Positions 17,385-24,942 of a stretch of 64,000 bases of DNA are shown here, in pieces. A model generated the notes under the pieces. The model had not been told where the DNA came from. It ran no database searches and saw only the letters and a program-made list of their open reading frames with translations. The stretch lies in contig JBFWZN010000003.1 of NCBI GenBank assembly GCA_050185275.1, positions 147,436 through 211,435 on the forward strand. The letters are read 5' to 3'. The first letter of the stretch is position 1. Each line of letters starts with the position of its first letter. A program made the translations under genes and the position numbers. This DNA is from Vicinamibacterales bacterium. GTDB lineage: Bacteria > Acidobacteriota > Vicinamibacteria > Vicinamibacterales > UBA2999.

Positions 17385-19478
17385 CTAGTGGTCCAGGGCT
17401 GCGGACCAGTGCGCGTCATCCGATCGGATGTTCCAGGAGCCAGTTTCCAGAAACGTCCGTGCCGTCGATTCGGCTACGAGGAGCGCATCGATCAACACGC
17501 TGGTCGGGTCCATCACGCCTGCGACTGCCAGATCCTCAGTCGATCGAGTCACCGCATTGAAGCCAACGTTGGGATCTGCGCGCAAGAGTTCTCCGATGAG
17601 CGCATCGGAATCAGTTCCACCTGCGACGGCTATCGCCCGCAGCGGCTCCTGCAGCGCCACCCGCGTCGCATCAACGCCCACCTGCTCCCCGTCGCTGTGT
17701 ACCGCGAGTTGTTTCAACGCATGCGATGCCATCTGAAGCGTACGACCGCCTCCTGGCACGCCACCCGCGATCACCGCCGCCGCAGCTGCGTGCAAAGAAC
17801 TTTCGGTTCGATATCTCTTCACATGCATTTCCTGTGGAGTTGTCGCACCTAGGTGGATCGTCACGACCGATCCTACGAGGTTGGCGATCCGCGCTCTCAG
17901 CAGCGCCGCGTCGTACGGCGATGCTGACTTCGCCGTCGCGCGCAAGACATCAACGTGTTCCTGCAATGCGCGATGATCTCCGCGGCCTCCAACGATTTCA
18001 GTCTGATCTCGGCCAACGATTACCTTGTCAGCACTGCCGAGGTGTTGACTGGCGGCTGTCCCTAGGTTGGCGCCGGCCTCGGGATCCAGAAGAGTCGCTC
18101 CGGTCAGGATCGCTAGGTCTTGCAGGATCTCGCGGCGACGTCCTTCCGAACGCGGTGCACGCACGGCAACGCAAAGCAGCGTCCCTTTTTTGACATTGAC
18201 AATCAACGTGGCCAGCGCTTCGCCTGCCACGTCGTCTGCGACAATGAGCAGCGGCTGCCCTCTCCTAGCGACAACCTCCAAGAGAGGGAGCAACTCTTGC
18301 ATTGACGTGACCTTGCTCGCGTAGAGAAGAATTGCGCAGCCATCAAGCACGCACTCATGGCGTGGGTAGCATGTAACGAGCTCAGGGTGAAGTGCTCCTC
18401 GGTCGAGGGTCATGTGATCGACTCTCGTGACGGAGCTGCTAGCACCGCGACTCTCCTCCACGAGGACGATGCCGTTCGGGCCGGCAGATGTGAACGCGGC
18501 CCACACGTCTATCTCGAGCCGACCGTGCGAAGCTGTATCAACGACTGCTCGCCCGCAATCAGCTCCGTCTACCGATGATTGACGGAGGTAGTCGACGGCA
18601 GCGGCGATCGCCTTGGAGATTCCATTCAGTAGCTCGGACCGTGCCGCGCCCCGGCCGATTGCCGCCAGCGCCTCCTCAATCAGGGCGTGGGAAACAATCA
18701 CTGGCAGTTTGGAGCCATCGCCTCCCTTCTCGACCAACTGAGCGGCGGCTCCGGCCATCAGGCGTATGCCCGCCTCCTCGAATGGGTTGGCGGATCGGAT
18801 CGCTCGCGCGATCTCGATGCCGCGCCTCTCAAGCCGCACGCCACCACCGCGACTGTCGACTCCCAAGCCTACGCCGTCCGGCCCGTACGCCCGTCTGATC
18901 GCAGTGGCCACTGCTCGCACGCCATGAAGCGCCAGCTCCTGCTGTTGCGCGGGCGCAACATCGCTCAGATCGGGCGCTGATGTTGCCAGTTCGGCCCTAA
19001 TGATGTTCAAGACCGGATTGGTGTAGGGCTCGTCACCCGCCTCCCAGCGTCTCAGCTTCTCAATGAGGTGGCCTTCGAGCGGCCGGTAGTCGTAGGGGTC
19101 GTACGGGTGTGTGTAGAAGCCATAGATGTCAAAAATTCGCCGGTTGTCGGTCTGCTGCTCCCGGATGAGGATCACTGGTCGCACCGAGGTCGCCAACCTG
19201 ACACCAAGTTCGTACATTACGTTCGGATTGGGATCGACACCGGACAGATCCGCCACGACGATGTCCGCGCGACACAGGTCGCGAATGATTTCCGCATTAA
19301 TGTCGAAAGATTGACCCGATCGGTAGACCTCGTATCGGTCGCGCAGGTCAGCACTCTCAATCGGTCGCTTGATGTTGTTCTCGAAGAATGCCGTGAGCTG
19401 TGCTTCATTCCTGCTTCCTCCATCAATGAACGGCATGATGACGAAGACGCGTCGAAGTACCCGATCAACGGCTGACAT
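17385..19478 (-). CDS. fusion protein: N-terminal nucleoside 2-deoxyribosyltransferase/TIR-like domain plus full-length GroEL/Cpn60-like chaperonin module
   Basis: Residues 1-110 carry [29 protein letters not shown] and PVILIRE (NDT/Rcl-type pattern). Residues about 180-690 are colinear with E. coli GroEL. Paired segments (this protein / GroEL): YGPDG / [11 protein letters not shown] / GDGTTT; MTLDRG / [41 protein letters not shown] / [56 protein letters not shown] / [31 protein letters not shown] / KVGAATEVEM; VPGGG / [12 protein letters not shown] / ILDPTKV. There is no GGM tail and no groES neighbour. Confidence 0.85.
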   Translation of the reverse strand: [697 protein letters not shown]

Positions 19479-19961
19479 GTGTGAAGGGACGGATATCCAT
19501 TATGGTCGGAACACCCTGTGCCTCTGCTCGCGATCGACAGCAATTTGTTGCCTGACGAGTCTTGACACTGCGAAAGCCCGGATGCTCATGCCGGGGCCAT
19601 CGCCGCCCCGGAGGGCTTCTACGAGTCATCGTCTATTGATCCGTCTCGACCAGCCTTGGCGGCGATGGACGCCAGGGCCGACAGTTCCGCAGCGCTGCTA
19701 TGCCATGTGCCTGCATGTTGCGACTCGCGGTGACGCAGCTGCTTACCCTAAACCTGCTTGGCGGAGTCAGAGACGTCTTCGGCTCCTCCTCGTCAGCGGC
19801 CGCGGCCTACCGGTTCGGGCACCCGCGAACCTCGGGGAACGACTTCGGCTCCGTCTTCGCGTCAATGCGACGGCCATGCACCGCGCAGCCGCGCAGGCCA
19901 GTAACGCTGCAACCTGATAGCAGACCTGTCAGCTTGGCCCGTGGGCACCGCAGGCGGCTTG

Positions 19962-19986
19962 CCGGCGGAGTCTAGCACTCCGCCGG
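19962..19986. other. perfect 10-bp stem / 5-nt loop hairpin in the long spacer
   Basis: CCGGCGGAGT-ctagc-ACTCCGCCGG, with no U-tract on either strand. Confidence 0.4.
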
Positions 19987-20331
19987 AAAGGCACAAAGCG
20001 GGACGGCAGCGCCTGCTGCGTAGCTACTCGTCACGGCGGTAGGAGAGGCAGTGACGGCAGCTGGCCAATCCTCGTTTCGTTCAGGTCCGTAGGACGCGGG
20101 CGGACACGAAGACAGGCATCGGCAAGGAGGCCTTCCCGGAGATGCCCGGCGGCACACCGGGGTCCGTGCCGCTCGCTCGTAGGGCGATCGCGCCCCCGAT
20201 GACCCGTCCTTTCTCCTGCAAAGGGGCATTCCCACCCCGTTGCAGGCTCACCCTCCACGGCCTCGCAGGTAGAATGCCAGCTCGTCCGGAATGGGCGTGT
20301 GCCTCTCGTTCTTCGTCCTGGAGTGTCTAGC

Positions 20332-22317
20332 GTGGATAACGGCAACCTGAGCTGGATCACCAGCTTCATCTGGGGCATCGCCGACGACGTGCTCCGCGAC
20401 CTGTACGTCCGGGGCAAGTACCGGGATGTCATCCTGCCGATGACCGTCCTGCGCCGGCTCGACGCCGTTCTCGAGCCGACGAAGCAGGCCGTGCTCGACA
20501 TGAAGGCTTCGCTCGACAAGGCGAAGATCACGAACCAGGACCAGGCCTTGCGCCAGGCAGCCGGGCAGGCGTTCTACAACACCTCGAAATTCACGCTCCG
20601 CGACCTGAAGGCCCGCGCCAGCCAGCAGCAGCTCAAAGCCGACTTCGAGGCCTACCTCGACGGCTTCTCGCCGAACGTCCAGGACATCCTCGAAAACTTC
20701 GAGTTTCGCAACCAGATCCCGCGGCTCTCGAAGGCCGACGCGCTGGGCACGATGATCGCGAAGCTCCTGTCGCCCGACATCAACCTGAGCCCGAATCCCG
20801 TCCTGAACGATGACGGCTCGGTGAAGCATCCCGGCCTCGACAATCACGGGATGGGCTCGGTCTTCGAGGAGCTGGTTCGCAAGTTCAACGAGGAGAACAA
20901 CGAAGAGGCCGGCGAGCACTGGACGCCCCGCGACGCGGTGCGGCTCATGACAAGGCTCATGTTCCTGCCCATCGCCGAGCGGATCGAGTCGGGCACCTAC
21001 CTGCTCTACGACGGCGCCTGCGGCACGGGCGGCATGCTCACGGTCGCGGAGGAGACGCTCCAGCAGCTCGCGCGGGAGCACGGCAAGCAGGTGGCGACTC
21101 ACCTCTACGGCCAGGAGATCAACGCCGAGACCTATGCCATCTGCAAGGCAGACCTGCTGCTCAAGGGCGAGGGCGACGCGGCGGACAACATCGTCGGCGG
21201 CCCGGAGCACTCCACGCTCGCGAACGATGCCTTCCCTTCGCGCGAGTTCGACTTCATGCTCTCGAACCCGCCTTACGGCAAGAGTTGGAAGAGCGACCTC
21301 GAGCGCATGGGCGGCAAGGACGGCCTCAAGGACCCGCGCTTCCTGATCGAGCACGCGGGCGATCCGGAGTACTCGCTCATCACCCGCTCGAGCGACGGCC
21401 AGATGCTCTTCCTCGCCAACATGCTCTCGAAGATGAAGCACGCCACCGTGCTCGGCAGCCGGATCGCCGAGGTGCACAACGGCAGCTCGCTTTTTACCGG
21501 CGACGCCGGCCAGGGCGAGAGCAACATCCGCCGCTGGATCATCGAGAACGACTGGCTCGAGGCCATCGTCGCCCTGCCGCTCAACATGTTCTACAACACC
21601 GGCATCGCCACCTACATCTGGGTGCTGTCGAACCGCAAGCCGGCGCCCCGCAAGGGCAAGGTGCAGCTCATCGATGCCACGCAGTGGTTCAAGCCGCTGC
21701 GCAAGAACCTCGGCAAGAAGAACTGCGAGCTCTCCGACGAGGACATCGCGCGCATCTGCGACACCTTCCTCGCCTTCGAGGAGACCGAGCAGTCGAAGAT
21801 CTTCCCGAACGTCGCCTTCGGCTACTGGAGGGTCACCGTCGAGCGGCCGCTGCGCCTGAAGGGCATCGACCCCGAGCGCGCGTACGCCGCCAAGGAGATC
21901 AAGACGCTCAAGGAGACGGCCGAGCGCGCCAACGATGCCCCGCCGGTCATCAAGAAGATCCACAAGAAGGGCACGGCGGCCGATCCGCTGCGCGGCCTCT
22001 TCGAGGCCACGATCGGCGGCAAGCCCGCCGTGGTCGAGTACGAGCCCGACTCCGACCTGCGCGACACCGAGCAGGTGCCCCTGCTCGAAGAGGGCGGCAT
22101 CGAGGCCTTCCTGCGCCGCGAGGTCCTGCCGCACGCCGCCGACGCCTGGTACGTGGGGGACAGCGTCAAGACTGGCTACGAGATCAGCTTCACCCGCTAC
22201 TTCTACAAGCCGCTGCCGCTGCGCACGCTGGAGGAGATCCGCGCCGACATCCTGGCATTGGAGAAGGAGACCGAGGGGCTGCTGGGCGAAATCATCGGGT
22301 CCACTAACACCCAGTGA
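20332..22317 (+). CDS. hsdM: type I restriction-modification system, DNA methyltransferase subunit M
   Basis: HsdM N-terminus LSWITSFIWGIADDVLRDLYVRGKYRDVILPMTVLRRLD. SAM motif YDGACGTGGML and catalytic NPPYG (FMLSNPPYGKSW). GTG at 20332 has a GGAG 8 nt upstream; the ORF extends to 20299. Confidence 0.92.
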   Translation: MDNGNLSWITSFIWGIADDVLRDLYVRGKYRDVILPMTVLRRLDAVLEPTKQAVLDMKASLDKAKITNQDQALRQAAGQAFYNTSKFTLRDLKARASQQQLKADFEAYLDGFSPNVQDILENFEFRNQIPRLSKADALGTMIAKLLSPDINLSPNPVLNDDGSVKHPGLDNHGMGSVFEELVRKFNEENNEEAGEHWTPRDAVRLMTRLMFLPIAERIESGTYLLYDGACGTGGMLTVAEETLQQLAREHGKQVATHLYGQEINAETYAICKADLLLKGEGDAADNIVGGPEHSTLANDAFPSREFDFMLSNPPYGKSWKSDLERMGGKDGLKDPRFLIEHAGDPEYSLITRSSDGQMLFLANMLSKMKHATVLGSRIAEVHNGSSLFTGDAGQGESNIRRWIIENDWLEAIVALPLNMFYNTGIATYIWVLSNRKPAPRKGKVQLIDATQWFKPLRKNLGKKNCELSDEDIARICDTFLAFEETEQSKIFPNVAFGYWRVTVERPLRLKGIDPERAYAAKEIKTLKETAERANDAPPVIKKIHKKGTAADPLRGLFEATIGGKPAVVEYEPDSDLRDTEQVPLLEEGGIEAFLRREVLPHAADAWYVGDSVKTGYEISFTRYFYKPLPLRTLEEIRADILALEKETEGLLGEIIGSTNTQ

Positions 22318-22350
22318 GACCAGAACAATGAACGCCCGAAGGGAAAACCG

Positions 22351-24942
22351 ATGGCGCTAGAGGAGCTCATCGTCGCCTGGAGCAAGGAGCGCCCCGCATG
22401 GCAACGGGAAGTCATGCGTCGGGTGGCAACCGGTGAGACGCTCTCCGACAAGGAGTACGACCGGCTAGTTGAAGTCATCGTGGAGGCGAAGGAGCTCCCG
22501 GCGGGCGACTTCGGACTTGAGCAGTTTCCCCGGACGGAGGCTGAAGACCTTCCCGTCTGCCTCGCGGCGATCGAGAAGCCTGAACACGTCAACGCGCTGG
22601 AATCCAAGGAGCCTCTGACCTTCGAGCCGCGAGGCTTAACCATTGTGTACGGCGACAATGGGAGCGGAAAGTCCGGCTACGCGAGGCTGCTGAAGCGCAT
22701 CACGCGGGCTCGTCACAGAGAGGACGTCCTGACGGACGTTTTTCGCGACACCTCCCTGGCACAACCGACCGCTGCGCTTTCCGTCCGGATCGGGAACGCG
22801 CAGGAGTCCCTTTCTTGGCCGGAGTCCTCCCGTCCTGAGCTGCAGCGCATGCTCTTCTATGACGCCGCCTGTGGCAGTGCGTACATTGCGAGTGAGTCCG
22901 ATTTCCCGTATCGCCCCTCCGCGCTCTTTGTCATGGACGGACTGATCGAGGCCTGCGTGGCGGTCCGCGCACGCCTTGATACCAAGCTCGCGGAGAACGG
23001 CGTTTCAGCCAACCCGCTGCCTACCGTCCCCGACCAATTGCGAGAGAGTGATGCCGGCCGGTTCCTGTCTTCCTTCTCGGCGCAATCCTCCGTCGAGAAG
23101 CTAGATCAGTTGATCGAGAGGTTCGACACGGCCAAGGAGACGATCGAGGATCTAAAGAACCAAGAAGCACGCCTGCGCAGCGCTGACACGACCAAGGCCC
23201 GTCAGCAACTCACCCGGCAGTGCGAGAAACTCCTGGCGCTGCGCAACCACCTAGGAAACCTTGACGCGGTGCTGGGCAGCGTGGCTCTCGCTGAGTTTCG
23301 ACAGCACCAGGCCGGGGTCAAGACACTCGAAGGTGCGGCAGCCCTGCTTGCCCGGTCCTTCGAATCTGAGCCCCTGCCGGGCGTTGGAAGCAGTCCCTGG
23401 AAGGCCTTGTGGGAAGCGGCCCAGCGCTTCTCGAGGGAGCACACATACCCGGACCACGACTTCCCCTTCCTGGGGAGTGATTGCCGGTGCGTCCTGTGCC
23501 AGCAACCGCTGGAGGCGGAGGGCCGAGATCGCTTCGCTCGCTTCGACGAGTTCGTTCGCAACGACACTCAAGTCCGCCTACAGGATGCGAAGCGCACCTA
23601 CGACCAGAAGGCAAAGATTTTGCGAGAGATTCAGGTCTCGCCGGAGGCCATCGCGAACAACCTCAAGGATCTGGAAGAGACGAATGGCGACGTCGTCTCC
23701 GATGTGCGCGCGCTACTCACGAAATACGACGCGGTAAATGCACAGGTGCGCGAGTCACTGGCCAACCAGCGGGAGCTTCCTTCGATCGCAATCGAGCAGG
23801 CAACGACCATCGACCTCCTCAATGGAGCCAATGACGCGGCAATGGCCGCTGCCGAGGAACTCGCGAACCCAGAGGGGATCCAGAAGCACCTCGAGGCTCT
23901 CACTGCGAGACGGGCGGAGCTTGAGCTGCTAGAGCTGCTCAAGAAGTCGCGGCAAGCGATCGCCAAGGAGATCGCGCGCTTAAGGGAGCGTGAGGCGCTG
24001 GAAGCGGCCAAGAGCGCTGCCGCGACGACGGGTATCACGAAGAAGATACTGGAGCTCTCCGAGGAGAGCATCACTGAGGTGGTTCGCGACACCTTCACGA
24101 GAGAGTCAGAAAGGCTCCGGCTCGAACGTGTGACGATCGCCCGTACCCGTGCGGATAAGGGAGCCCTGCTTCACCAACCGAAGCTCGTCGGGGCGCGCCA
24201 GCAGGTTACGTTGCCCAAAGTGTTTAGCGAGGGCGAGCGGACTGCGCTGGGACTGGCAGCGTTCTTCACCGAGGCACACCTCGACGGCTCGAAGTCGGCT
24301 CTCATCCTAGATGATCCCGTGACGTCGCTCGATCACATCCGCCGCGGTCTCGTCGCGACGCGGATTGCGGCCCTCGCCGAGACTCGACAGGTGATCCTGT
24401 TCACCCACGACATCGCGTTCGTGGCAGACCTCAAGCGCGAGGCCAGTGCCAAGGGTGTTCAGGTTGCGGAGCGGTCGGTCATGAGGAGCCGGGCGGACGA
24501 GCGTAAGCCTGGTGCCTGCACAACAAAGCACCCCTGGAAGGCCAAGGACGTACCGGCCCGCCTCGAAGAGCTCCGACAGGAGCTCAGCAGAATCAAGAAG
24601 GAGAGCACCGCCTGGGAAGAACAACAGTATGAGGATGCCGTGGCAGTCTGGGCCGGCAATCTGTCGGAGACCTGGGAGCGCATCTTCAGCCAGGAGATCG
24701 TCGGGCCCGTCCTCGCGGAAGGTGGTCTCGAGGTGCGCCCGATGATGGTGAAGGTCTTGGCTCGCTTCTCCGACGACGATCACCATGAGTTCGAGGGCAG
24801 CTACGGCCGGGTGTCGCAGTGGGCGAGGCGGCACGACAAGAGCGCCGCCGTCAATTACGTCGCCCCCGACATCGAGAAGCTCGAGGAAGAGCTTCGCTCG
24901 GTGGACGGCTGGTTCAAGCGCGTCAAGGGATACAAGGCATGA
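22351..24942 (+). CDS. AAA_13-type ABC/SMC-like ATPase with coiled-coil and CxxC hook; RloC/PrrC-like candidate anticodon nuclease
   Basis: Walker A GDNGSGKSG (22651-22674). Long heptad-rich region contains CRCVLCQQPL (23482-23499). ABC-signature-like FSEGERTALGLAAFF, Walker B LILDDPVTSLDH and H-loop-like LFTHD are present. A C-terminal domain of about 170 aa contains TWERIFSQE...RRHDKS. The gene sits between hsdM and hsdS. Confidence 0.8.
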   Translation: MALEELIVAWSKERPAWQREVMRRVATGETLSDKEYDRLVEVIVEAKELPAGDFGLEQFPRTEAEDLPVCLAAIEKPEHVNALESKEPLTFEPRGLTIVYGDNGSGKSGYARLLKRITRARHREDVLTDVFRDTSLAQPTAALSVRIGNAQESLSWPESSRPELQRMLFYDAACGSAYIASESDFPYRPSALFVMDGLIEACVAVRARLDTKLAENGVSANPLPTVPDQLRESDAGRFLSSFSAQSSVEKLDQLIERFDTAKETIEDLKNQEARLRSADTTKARQQLTRQCEKLLALRNHLGNLDAVLGSVALAEFRQHQAGVKTLEGAAALLARSFESEPLPGVGSSPWKALWEAAQRFSREHTYPDHDFPFLGSDCRCVLCQQPLEAEGRDRFARFDEFVRNDTQVRLQDAKRTYDQKAKILREIQVSPEAIANNLKDLEETNGDVVSDVRALLTKYDAVNAQVRESLANQRELPSIAIEQATTIDLLNGANDAAMAAAEELANPEGIQKHLEALTARRAELELLELLKKSRQAIAKEIARLREREALEAAKSAAATTGITKKILELSEESITEVVRDTFTRESERLRLERVTIARTRADKGALLHQPKLVGARQQVTLPKVFSEGERTALGLAAFFTEAHLDGSKSALILDDPVTSLDHIRRGLVATRIAALAETRQVILFTHDIAFVADLKREASAKGVQVAERSVMRSRADERKPGACTTKHPWKAKDVPARLEELRQELSRIKKESTAWEEQQYEDAVAVWAGNLSETWERIFSQEIVGPVLAEGGLEVRPMMVKVLARFSDDDHHEFEGSYGRVSQWARRHDKSAAVNYVAPDIEKLEEELRSVDGWFKRVKGYKA

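Noticed and set aside
17385-19478. Interpretation as the housekeeping groEL gene
   Set aside because: It carries a 170-aa unrelated N-terminal domain and has no adjacent groES. The C-terminal GGM repeats are missing. The DGTTT, D52 and D398 equivalents are altered. GC is atypically low, and the gene sits among restriction genes.
20248-22134. 628-aa ORF on the minus strand
   Set aside because: It lies entirely antisense to hsdM. Its composition is Leu/Arg/Ala/Val-rich with no motifs, as expected for the mirror frame of a high-GC gene. The plus-strand product has unambiguous HsdM motifs.
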